From the NCBI GenBank assembly GCA_023436065.1, contig JAEZKU010000005.1, positions 12,448 through 76,447 of the forward strand: a stretch of 64,000 bases of DNA, read 5' to 3'. The stretch's first letter is position 1. Every line of letters starts with the position of its first letter. Positions 29,196-41,035 of this stretch are shown here, in pieces. The notes below the pieces were generated by a model. It made no database searches. It was not told the DNA's origin and saw only the letters and a list, made by a program, of their open reading frames with translations. This DNA is from Bacillota bacterium (GTDB lineage: Bacteria; Bacillota; Clostridia; Lachnospirales; Lachnospiraceae). The position numbers were made by a program, and so were the translations under genes.

Positions 29196-29831
29196 TTAAT
29201 ATGCAAAGGTAACGGTTACAGATGCTTCAATCCGTTGGGTTCCTGCCTCGATCGGAGTCGTAATAAGGCCCTCCCTAAAGCCAATGGTTTGAAAAGGAAC
29301 CGGCATGGCTTCGTTCTCGATGATCCGTCTGGGAACCGGAACATATGTAAGACCTAAGGTTTCTGCTATCGACTTTGCCTTATCCCAGGCATTGACGACA
29401 GCGAGATTCAGTGCTTGGAGGTAATAGGTGTAGGTGTCCGATACCTCAAAGGAAATCAGGTCAACCACGTTGGCGCCGTTACGGACTGCTGTATCGATGA
29501 TCAGACCGATCTGTTCTGTTTCATCCGTCCTTATCTCCAGTATATTTCTTACGGAATAGCCTTTATCGACCCGATTGCTGTTCTCATATTCAATCAGTCT
29601 GTTAATGGTATATTGAAAGGTCTGAATGTCTTCAATTCCAAGCTGTCGCAGAGCTTGCAGGATGGCTGTACTGAGTCTGGCATTCTCCTCCTGGGCGGTA
29701 GTAAGATCACTTCCGATCGTCTCGACTCCCAGACGAAGAATGGCGATGTTCGGTTCGGCAGTCACCAGTCCTTTCCCGATCAAAGTCATGGTGTTCTCTT
29801 CACAGCAGGTGCTTGAGTTAGTATATGACAT
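29196..29831 (-). CDS. SIMPL/DUF541 protein
   Basis: G-G-V-AEP-A-LGV and AL-LAV-NA-KA-IA-LG patterns; ends ASVTVTF. Confidence 0.85.
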   Translation of the reverse strand: MSYTNSSTCCEENTMTLIGKGLVTAEPNIAILRLGVETIGSDLTTAQEENARLSTAILQALRQLGIEDIQTFQYTINRLIEYENSNRVDKGYSVRNILEIRTDETEQIGLIIDTAVRNGANVVDLISFEVSDTYTYYLQALNLAVVNAWDKAKSIAETLGLTYVPVPRRIIENEAMPVPFQTIGFREGLITTPIEAGTQRIEASVTVTFAY

Positions 29832-29899
29832 GGCAATAATGCTCCTAATAAAGGATTTATCATATTATATGCCATTATTCTCCTGATATATCCGGTCTG

Positions 29900-30292
29900 T
29901 CATACATCAATTTTAAAACCCAGATTAACCTCATTCGCCGGTTTACCACCGGCAATCCCCCAATTCTCTAACGGTGGTTCATGAATTACTATTATGATAT
30001 CGGTCCGCGCGATACCAAGCTCCTGCACCAAATGATCTACGATGGATTGATACAGATTTTTCTTTGCTTCATTGCTACGACCCTTGAAGGCTGTAATCTC
30101 AATCAGAAGATAATCCTCTGACCTGTTCTCCGGATGTTCAAAGTTTTCCTTATCAATTTCAATAATCCTCTGGTTTCTGTCATAATGCGGGATTTTAAAG
30201 CAATCCACCAGTGCCTGATGAACAACATTTAATATGGTTTTTCTATATTCGGGACTTTTTCCTCGTAGCATCTCAATTCTTACAATTGGCAT
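29900..30292 (-). CDS. Tautomerase-superfamily protein (MSAD/YrdN-like, Pro1)
   Basis: N-terminal Pro, two beta-alpha-beta units, DR-Q, GRS-E-K and ENWG motifs. Confidence 0.85.
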   Translation of the reverse strand: MPIVRIEMLRGKSPEYRKTILNVVHQALVDCFKIPHYDRNQRIIEIDKENFEHPENRSEDYLLIEITAFKGRSNEAKKNLYQSIVDHLVQELGIARTDIIIVIHEPPLENWGIAGGKPANEVNLGFKIDV

Positions 30293-30463
30293 AGGTACCT
30301 CCTGATCATGTTATTAGGTGAAAATTTTTAACATTATACCACCCATTAATAACCATGTAAAGAAATAAATGGAAGAAATAGTAGTATTTTATTAGGAATA
30401 GGCTATAATAGAAACAGTATTGACCTTATCAACCACATCAATTTATTATCGGAGTTAAGAGGT

Positions 30464-31294
30464 ATGAAAGATAAAAGGTACAAAATATGGAATATGCGGA
30501 TTCTATCGGCCGTCATTCTTATTATTTTTTGTCTTTGGCAGAATAATGATATCGTAGTCTCAGATTATATCTATAAAACCAAGGAAATTGGAAGGGCACT
30601 GGATGGTTTCAGGATTATACAGATTTCAGACCTGCACAATAAGGAATTCGGCAAAAAAAGTAGCAGATTACTGAAGGTTCTGGCAAAAGCGAAGCCGGAT
30701 ATCATAGTGATTACAGGTGATCTGGTAGATCGGCGCAGGACGGACATCAAAGCTGCTTTGGAGTTTATTAAAAGGGCATCTGAGCTTGCCCCGATTTACT
30801 ATGTCACAGGAAACCATGAATACTCCCTGGATCGCTGGGAATGGGACAGCTTAATGGATGGACTAAAGAAGTATCAGGTAAGAATATTGGATAACCGTAT
30901 CGTTCACCTGGAGAAGAATAGGGATGGGGGCTTTTATCTCATGGGTCTAAGTGAGGGGAATCAGGCGGATGATACCCTGAAAACCTTGTGCTCCCATGCG
31001 GAGGCTGATAAACTTCAGATTGTGCTTACTCACGAACCGCAATATATCGATAGCTACAGGCAATCAGATGCCGATATTATTTTCGCCGGACACGCACATG
31101 GGGGTCAATTTCGACTTCCTATCCTCGGTGGTCTCATCGCTCCGGGGCAAGGCATATTTCCAAAGTATACTTCCGGGGCCCACAGGGCCGGGCATACGAC
31201 TCTGATTATCAGCAGGGGCCTGGGGAACAGCGTCGTGCCGATCAGATTATTTAACAGGCCTGAGGTTGTGACTGTAACACTCAGAAGATCATAA
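30464..31294 (+). CDS. Membrane-anchored metallophosphoesterase (YkuE-like)
   Basis: SDLH, TGDLVD, GNHE, GHAHGGQ. Confidence 0.9.
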   Translation: MKDKRYKIWNMRILSAVILIIFCLWQNNDIVVSDYIYKTKEIGRALDGFRIIQISDLHNKEFGKKSSRLLKVLAKAKPDIIVITGDLVDRRRTDIKAALEFIKRASELAPIYYVTGNHEYSLDRWEWDSLMDGLKKYQVRILDNRIVHLEKNRDGGFYLMGLSEGNQADDTLKTLCSHAEADKLQIVLTHEPQYIDSYRQSDADIIFAGHAHGGQFRLPILGGLIAPGQGIFPKYTSGAHRAGHTTLIISRGLGNSVVPIRLFNRPEVVTVTLRRS

Positions 31295-31307
31295 TCAGAG
31301 TATTTGA

Positions 31308-32057
31308 TTATTGCTCCAGTAATTTTTTCAAATGACCTTCGTTCAGTAAATGAAGGGTCTTAAATTTACCCTGGTAGAAGACCGCCCAGTTGTTAAATAC
31401 ACAGGGAACTGCCTTGGCTTTCTCAAGGCTGTCTACCTTGATTAAATCCACAGGAATATGATTAAGCTCGCAAAAGCTTTCGATCTGCTCAATACAGTTG
31501 GGGATGTAGGGACATTGCAATCCATAGTAAATGGTCAGCTTTGGACTGTAGATGGCTTGCTTTTTGGCTGCCTCAGAAAAATGTGGCTGTGTTTGATCAA
31601 AGGATAAGGAGAGCAGTTCATACTCATCGCCTATCGTATCGACTGTCTCAAAGCCGTATTTCTGCAAGAACCTTTTATCGGACAGGAAGGGCTTTTTCTT
31701 GGTGGAACTGATGGTACACACTCCGGACTTGCCCCTGGATTTTGCATCTGCAATGCAATATTCCAGAAGCTCACTGCCATATCCCAGATTCTTAAAGCTA
31801 CCGGATACCCACAGACAGTAGATATAGATAAAATTCGCTCCCTCAATCGGAGTCCAGGCAGTCTCCAGAGGGGAATATTCAATAAACACCTTGCCCTTTG
31901 CAATCAGTTTACGAAAGACGTGTCCCTCCTCCAACCGATCTGAAAGCCAGGACCTCTTGATATCTACGCCGCATTGATGTTTCTTGTCAGCAATAGCACA
32001 GCATAGATGCTCATCTCTAATATTTTCTTCTGTTATATTCAGGAAACTGCTTTCCAT
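31308..32057 (-). CDS. GNAT acetyltransferase with a YoaP domain
   Basis: EHLCCAI, CLWVSG-FK-GYG, QCPY and PC-FNNW motifs. Confidence 0.85.
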   Translation of the reverse strand: MESSFLNITEENIRDEHLCCAIADKKHQCGVDIKRSWLSDRLEEGHVFRKLIAKGKVFIEYSPLETAWTPIEGANFIYIYCLWVSGSFKNLGYGSELLEYCIADAKSRGKSGVCTISSTKKKPFLSDKRFLQKYGFETVDTIGDEYELLSLSFDQTQPHFSEAAKKQAIYSPKLTIYYGLQCPYIPNCIEQIESFCELNHIPVDLIKVDSLEKAKAVPCVFNNWAVFYQGKFKTLHLLNEGHLKKLLEQ

Positions 32058-32416
32058 CCACTAACCTCCCTGCATGATAATTTCCCTTTCCTCTCAATTA
32101 TATAGTAAATAATCTGACATAGGTACGTCATATTTCATATCTGAAAATCCATTGAAATCTTTCTTCATTATACATAACAGAGTGTAGCCTCATATAGTTC
32201 AAGTGATAATTATTCCTTATTTCTTATTGATCGTTACATTAATTTCATTTCATGTCGAAATAAGTTCATTTTGTGCTGCAAATATTTTTTTGGGAAATTT
32301 TATGATAATGTAAGTATAAAGGAATATTCAGTAATGGATATCTGAGGAAAACAGGTAGGCTTCAGATACTATTCAATACAAAAATGATACATAAGAGTTA
32401 AGGAGGCAGACAACAA

Positions 32417-34426
32417 GTGAGAAAGAAAATAATGAGTATACTGCTGGTACTGTGCATAGTACTTAGTGTATGTCCTACCACAGTATTAGCCGCTAACAAG
32501 AGTAAAGCAAAGACAACAACGGCCAGTAAGGCAGTGATTGCCGAAGGCTGGTACAAAATCCGTATCATGGACAGCTATGTAAATATCGCATCAAACGGCG
32601 GTGCGGAACTTAGGAAAGCTGATATTGTATCAATGTACTATGTAGAACACATCAAGGATAATAAGTACGCGATCATGACTTTGAAGGGCAAATATCTTGG
32701 TGTGTCGGGAAAAGTAAAGGACGGTTTAAAGGTAAAAGAAGTAAGCAAGCAATATCCATGGACATTCCGTTTGGAAAATAGTGATACTTTCAGCATACGC
32801 CCCGCCAAACACACGAAAATGCTACTCAGTGCGGCAGGGAAGAAAAATAAAGATGGTACTTTGCTGGTTTTACAGACAAATAAGGCCAAGGATGCTCCAA
32901 ATTATGCTGAATTCGAGTTTGTTTCGCTATTCAAAGACTTAATAAATATGATAACTCAGCCAACTGTAACACCGAAGCCGACTGTGACACCGAAGCCGAC
33001 TGTAACACCGAAGCCGACTGTAACACCGAAACCGACTGCAGCACCAACTGTAACGCAAACCCCGAATGTAACACCCAGGCCAACTGTAACACCGAAGCCA
33101 ACCGCAACACCTTGGTCAGCTGTAACACCAATACCAAATACAACACCTCAGCCGAGTAAAGTGTATACTGCTTCTGATCCAAGTATAACGAGTATTAGTA
33201 AAGGTTTTTCTTCGTTTGATGCTGCGGGAAACAGGGTTAGCAAATTTACTGAAGGATACGAGCTGGTTATTACCTCGAATATTCAAAAGATAGATGATTA
33301 TGCCATTTACAATGATTCGATAGGCAGTTTTACTGTGGAGAATAACCCTAATTTTACCACGGTTGACGGAGTATTGTTTAGTAAGGATATGACCAAACTG
33401 GTTGCTTACCCGGGAAGTAAAAAGGATAATACATATTATGTTCCCGATAGTGTTACGGAGATCGCAACCGGTGCTTTCGGATATTCTCATTATCTGAAAG
33501 AAATACATTTTGGATCAAATCTGAAGGAGATTGGAGTTGATGCTTTCCGAGGATGCCATTTTTCGGAAGTTGTGATTCCGGATAGTGTCACATATATTTT
33601 TGGATGTGCATTTAACGATATAAAAGAATTGAGAAAAATAACGATACCTTCGAGTACTTTTATTGTTAATAATATTATAGATGGCTCATCTGGAAATGTT
33701 ATTATTTACGGTGATTATGGCTCACATGCAGAGAAACTTGCGAAAACCTATGGCTACGAATTTGTTGGCAATGATAACTTAGGAGGGTTCACAAATATTA
33801 AATTAAAGCAAACGGAGCTTGAGGCAGGACTTTCAGGTCGCTTCGGGGAATTAGTAACTTCCGAAGGTACGTGGGCGTTCTACGGTAGCTACATTAAATT
33901 CCTTGCGGTATTTTATGTAGATGGCAAAGCTTCATTCTTATACACGAACAATGTGTCCACTTACAAAGGGGACGGATTGGTTTACACGGATGCAAACAAC
34001 GGCAACATGAAATATGCTGCTTCAATTGGTGCACTTCCATTTTTTGCTGAAGCTACCACCGAGCGTCTCATTTTTGAGTTTACCAATGCCTTCCGTGGCT
34101 TGAACGGCTTACCCGCGTTAAGATGGAATGATACGCTTGCGACTGCTGCCCGCTCCCACAGTCTTGATATGGCGAACAGGGGCTTTTTCAATCATATTAA
34201 TCCGGACAGTAAAGATCCAAGTGCCAGAATAACTGACGCAGGATATCATTGGACATCATGCGCAGAAAATATCGCCAAGATGTACCCGGTTTTTGATGCT
34301 GTTGAAGTGGTGGACGGTTGGATTAATTCATCCGGTCATCGTAAAAATATGCTTACTACACTTTGTGACGAACTTGGTGTAGGTGTGTCAGGTATTTACG
34401 GTACACAAAACTTTGGTAAGCAATAA
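32417..34426 (+). CDS. Secreted multidomain protein: signal peptide, beta-trefoil-like region, PT linker, BspA-type LRR, CAP/SCP domain
   Basis: Sec-type signal; TVTPKP repeats; VPDSVT-I...AF repeats; AARSHS-DMA...AENIA...W-NS-GHRKN. Confidence 0.8.
   Translation: MRKKIMSILLVLCIVLSVCPTTVLAANKSKAKTTTASKAVIAEGWYKIRIMDSYVNIASNGGAELRKADIVSMYYVEHIKDNKYAIMTLKGKYLGVSGKVKDGLKVKEVSKQYPWTFRLENSDTFSIRPAKHTKMLLSAAGKKNKDGTLLVLQTNKAKDAPNYAEFEFVSLFKDLINMITQPTVTPKPTVTPKPTVTPKPTVTPKPTAAPTVTQTPNVTPRPTVTPKPTATPWSAVTPIPNTTPQPSKVYTASDPSITSISKGFSSFDAAGNRVSKFTEGYELVITSNIQKIDDYAIYNDSIGSFTVENNPNFTTVDGVLFSKDMTKLVAYPGSKKDNTYYVPDSVTEIATGAFGYSHYLKEIHFGSNLKEIGVDAFRGCHFSEVVIPDSVTYIFGCAFNDIKELRKITIPSSTFIVNNIIDGSSGNVIIYGDYGSHAEKLAKTYGYEFVGNDNLGGFTNIKLKQTELEAGLSGRFGELVTSEGTWAFYGSYIKFLAVFYVDGKASFLYTNNVSTYKGDGLVYTDANNGNMKYAASIGALPFFAEATTERLIFEFTNAFRGLNGLPALRWNDTLATAARSHSLDMANRGFFNHINPDSKDPSARITDAGYHWTSCAENIAKMYPVFDAVEVVDGWINSSGHRKNMLTTLCDELGVGVSGIYGTQNFGKQ
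32960..33115 (+). repeat. 18-bp coding tandem repeat (PTVTPK linker)
   Basis: Four near-perfect CCGACTGTAACACCGAAG units followed by degenerate units. Confidence 0.9.
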
Positions 34427-34434
34427 ATTGTTGT

Positions 34435-34470
34435 AAAGGAGCCCGTCGATTTTCCTGACGGACTCCTTTT
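34435..34470 (+). terminator. Intrinsic terminator
   Basis: AAAGGAG-CCGTC...GACGG-CTCCTTTT. Confidence 0.65.
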
Positions 34471-34521
34471 ACTCTTAACCCCCTGCCGGAGTACCAAAAT
34501 AATGAAATAACCGAAATGATA

Positions 34522-34550
34522 TTGACATACGTTTCGAAGAATTTTATCAT
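34522..34550 (+). promoter_or_regulatory. SigA-type promoter
   Basis: TTGACA-17 bp-TATCAT. Confidence 0.55.
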
Positions 34551-34624
34551 TATTCTATCAGTTACGACTTATTCTGAGTTATATGAATCAGTTTACTTAT
34601 AGAAAGCAACAGGGGGTCAGGCAA

Positions 34625-35467
34625 ATGGATCATAATACAGAGGAATTGAAATTCTGGTATTATATTGATAATGGGGAGGTCACGGGACCTTTTTCAGAAG
34701 AAGAAATGAAGGCACTATATCAGCAGCATATCATAGAGGACAATACCGAGGTGTGGAAGAGTGGTATGTCAGATTGGGTTGAACTCAGCACTACGGAGCT
34801 ATCAAAGAAGGAGGATTTGAAGCAGCAGCCGAGGAAAAATGAGATTAATCATGCCATGCCCTGGATCCTGACATTCTTGCCGGTGCTTTTTGCAGGTGCG
34901 ATCAGTAGAAAAAGTCTGCCGTTACTGATTATTTTGCTGATCATTCATTGCGCCATCGGTATCATGGATTCCGGCATTCTGATAAAGGAAGGAAAAGCGA
35001 AGAAAACAATCATATTATGGGCTTTGCTATTGCCGCCGGTGTACCTTGTAATCAGAGCCGGATTATTGAAAACCAGAAAAGCAGGTGCTGCCATCTGGTG
35101 CCTTTTCTTTGCGTTTGAACTATTTGTCTGTACGACGGTCTTTGATATCCCTGCTTTACTGCAGCCTCAAATGAGTGAAACGGTTACCGAGCCTGAGGTG
35201 ATGACTGAAGCCGGTGGTATCACGGTGGACGACTTTGTGAAAGCCTATATCAGAAGTCCGAAATATGAGATTCAGGACAAAGAAGAGGGTAAGACCCTCT
35301 TTACAATCAGTGGAACGATGGATTATGAAGGTAATGAGGCAGCTGTAACTGTATTCTTTCAGGTTGAAGAGGACGGCTCCGTACATTTTAAGGAAATGAA
35401 AGTAAACGGGATAAGCGGGAAGGCTGAGCTATACTATAGTTTGGTGGAGGAATTAAAAGTAAAATAG
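34625..35467 (+). CDS. GYF_2/DUF4339-domain membrane protein
   Basis: WYY...GPFS...VWK-GM-DW domain followed by about 4 TM segments; start moved to ATG 34625. Confidence 0.8.
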   Translation: MDHNTEELKFWYYIDNGEVTGPFSEEEMKALYQQHIIEDNTEVWKSGMSDWVELSTTELSKKEDLKQQPRKNEINHAMPWILTFLPVLFAGAISRKSLPLLIILLIIHCAIGIMDSGILIKEGKAKKTIILWALLLPPVYLVIRAGLLKTRKAGAAIWCLFFAFELFVCTTVFDIPALLQPQMSETVTEPEVMTEAGGITVDDFVKAYIRSPKYEIQDKEEGKTLFTISGTMDYEGNEAAVTVFFQVEEDGSVHFKEMKVNGISGKAELYYSLVEELKVK

Positions 35468-35613
35468 AATGAATTAATTAGAAAATTTAATTAATTTAAT
35501 CATTGATTTTCTTCGTCTCCGGTACTATAATTGCGATATTATTGTGATTTTATGTTACCACAATTAATTAGATTAATATATTACCATAGAAAGCTTATTG
35601 AGGAGACCGAAAG

Positions 35614-36660
35614 ATGAAGTACATTAAAATTTTACTTCTTTGCATTCCGTTTACGATTGCAGGATATTTCCTGAAGTGGAATGCTACAATTATGTTCTTT
35701 TTAACCTGTGCAGCTATCGTACCGTTGGCGGGCTACTTGGGTGAAGCCACAGAAGAAATTGCTACTTATACAGGGCCGAAGCTGGGTGGCTTTTTAAATG
35801 CTACCTTTGGAAATGCGACAGAGCTGATCATCAGCTTTTTTGCAATTAAGGCAGGGTTATTTGACGTTGTTAAGGCGTCACTGGCCGGTTCTGTACTTGG
35901 AAATATCCTTCTGGTATTAGGCTGTAGTATTTTTGTTGGCGGCTTAAAGCATAAGGAATTAAAATACGATTCACAGCTTGGCACCTTCACGGCAACCATG
36001 CTGCTGTTTGCGGTAATCGGATTATCGCTTCCTGCAGTTTTTACCTGGGGAAAGTCAGAAGAGCTGCTTACCTCCGAATATGAGAGTCTGAGTTATATTA
36101 TTGCGGTAATTCTGTTGGTCATTTATGTAATCGGTATGATATACTCCTTTAAGACACAGAAGGACTTATATGGTGTGGAGCATGCAGAGGATGTGGAAGC
36201 AAATTGGTCCCTACCCTTCAGCATCACAGTGCTTGCTGTTGCGACGGTACTGATTGCTATCGAATCTGAGCTTTTAGTTGATAGTATCGAGCCTATGACA
36301 CAAGCAGCTCATATCCCTGAGATGTTCGTCGGTATTATCTTAATTCCTATTGTCGGTAATGCCGCTGAGCATACCACTGCCATCATCATGGGAATCAAGA
36401 ACAAGCTGGATATCTCAATAGAGATCGCGGTGGGCTCCAGTCTGCAGATCGCTTTATTTGTTATTCCTGCATCGGTATTAATCAGCTTACTCTATTCACC
36501 AATGAGCATTGTGTTTAAACCGATTGAATTATTCCTATTCGGTGCCAGTGTATTAATCGCCAATCAGGTAGTAAAGGCCGGGCGGTCGAACTGGATGGAG
36601 GGTTTGAAGCTGATGAGTGTATACCTGATCGCGGCAATCGGCTTCTACATCGTAGGGTAA
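35614..36660 (+). CDS. cax: Ca2+/H+ exchanger
   Basis: LNATFGNA-E and GNAAEH alpha-repeat motifs. Confidence 0.92.
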   Translation: MKYIKILLLCIPFTIAGYFLKWNATIMFFLTCAAIVPLAGYLGEATEEIATYTGPKLGGFLNATFGNATELIISFFAIKAGLFDVVKASLAGSVLGNILLVLGCSIFVGGLKHKELKYDSQLGTFTATMLLFAVIGLSLPAVFTWGKSEELLTSEYESLSYIIAVILLVIYVIGMIYSFKTQKDLYGVEHAEDVEANWSLPFSITVLAVATVLIAIESELLVDSIEPMTQAAHIPEMFVGIILIPIVGNAAEHTTAIIMGIKNKLDISIEIAVGSSLQIALFVIPASVLISLLYSPMSIVFKPIELFLFGASVLIANQVVKAGRSNWMEGLKLMSVYLIAAIGFYIVG

Positions 36661-36724
36661 TGCCTGATCGTGCCTTCAGTCCGCTTGGCAGAACGGTTAT
36701 GTAATGGATCATCCATAAACGAAT

Positions 36725-36820
36725 AAAAGTATAATAGAGACAGCCAGTAATTCTCTGCAACGCTAACAGTCAAGCAGATTAGGAGAGTACGTAATTGGTG
36801 TCTGTCTCCATTATACTTTT
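36725..36820. other. Large-loop hairpin between convergent genes (terminator-like)
   Basis: AAAAGTATAATAGAGACAG / CTGTCTCCATTATACTTTT, 19-bp arms with one mismatch. Confidence 0.55.
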
Positions 36821-36834
36821 TTTATTGTACTTTT

Positions 36835-39846
<3,012 letters not shown>

Positions 39847-40060
39847 TCACCTTTCCGGAGTATTCATGTATATCCTTCATTTTATCATTGAGATAGGATT
39901 TATCTATGACTAATCTTGCTCAATATATGGACAAAATAATATTACTCTGATAACATAATCTTAAAATAAGAGGGAGAAATCGAGTACATACCCATACAAA
40001 AATGAACTTGCGGGATGATTTCACCGGGTTTGGTATTAGCTGAAGGGAGGAATACATAGG

Positions 40061-40909
40061 ATGCTGAATTACTCAGGCTATTATAATCAAGGCGATGACG
40101 ACCTTCCAAATGACTGTCTGGAACTGTTTGTTAAGAGCAGCGGTCATTATAAACTGCTTCAGTTGAAGAAGCTGCGAACCTACCGACCTCAGGGCAGAAG
40201 AGACTACCAGCTGCTATATGTAGCTGAGGGAGCAGCACATTTTGTGGTTGGTGATAGGCGATATGATGTGACAAAGGGAGGAGTATTCATCTATCATCCG
40301 GAGATACCTCAGGATTATTATTATGTTCTTTCGGAGAAGCCTGATATTTATTGGATTCATTTTACGGGCTGGGGAGTTGAGAGACTTCTGACAGGTCTTG
40401 GATTAACATCGGAGCAACCGATTTTACTACAGGCAAGGGAGGAACTCCCGGAATTGTTTGAGAAGATTATTATAGAACTCAGGCTTGACCGTTTTCAGAG
40501 AATGGAGATGACAGAAGCTTATTTGCGTCAGTTATTTATTATGATAGCCCGGCTAAACCAGACCTCAGAGCGGGATAGAACGGGGTATCATTCCATGCTT
40601 GACCAGGTGATGAATCAATTTCACCATGAATATCAATCAGAAATCAATATTGCAGAATACGCAAAGCGAAATCATATCAGCTGTTCCTGGTTTATAAGAG
40701 AATTCAAAAAATATACCGGATACTCTCCAAAACAATATATTACTAATCTTCGTCTGCAGCACGCCAAGGAGCTTTTACACAATCATTCTCTGCCAATCAG
40801 TGAAATAGCCACCCTAGTCGGTTACGAGGATCAGCTGTACTTTAGCCGCATCTTCCGCAAATATACAGGCCTCTCCCCAAGAGAATACCGGGCAAAAAGC
40901 CCAGACTGA
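40061..40909 (+). CDS. AraC-family regulator
   Basis: N-terminal binding domain (YWIHF) and VGY-D-LYFSR-F-K-TG-SP-EYR. Confidence 0.92.
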   Translation: MLNYSGYYNQGDDDLPNDCLELFVKSSGHYKLLQLKKLRTYRPQGRRDYQLLYVAEGAAHFVVGDRRYDVTKGGVFIYHPEIPQDYYYVLSEKPDIYWIHFTGWGVERLLTGLGLTSEQPILLQAREELPELFEKIIIELRLDRFQRMEMTEAYLRQLFIMIARLNQTSERDRTGYHSMLDQVMNQFHHEYQSEINIAEYAKRNHISCSWFIREFKKYTGYSPKQYITNLRLQHAKELLHNHSLPISEIATLVGYEDQLYFSRIFRKYTGLSPREYRAKSPD

Positions 40910-40967
40910 CATAGTCGGATCCATCTTTGATAAATAAAATACAATCTAGACTATCTTAACTATCCCT

Positions 40968-41020
40968 TTCTAGAGAACAGGTGCGAGCGACAGGGAAGTC
41001 GCTTCGCACCGTCCCTAGAA
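40968..41020. other. GC-rich hairpin between convergent genes
   Basis: TTCTAG..GGTGCGA-GCGAC...GTCGC-TTCGCACC..CTAGAA. Confidence 0.55.
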
Positions 41021-41035
41021 TGAAAATTTTGTATC

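Noticed and set aside
32253..32259. Single TGTCGAA Spo0A-box match
   Set aside because: One 7-mer is expected by chance several times in 64 kb.
32300..32416. c-di-GMP riboswitch upstream of the secreted protein
   Set aside because: Only a simple hairpin is present; the GEMM-type conserved motifs are absent.
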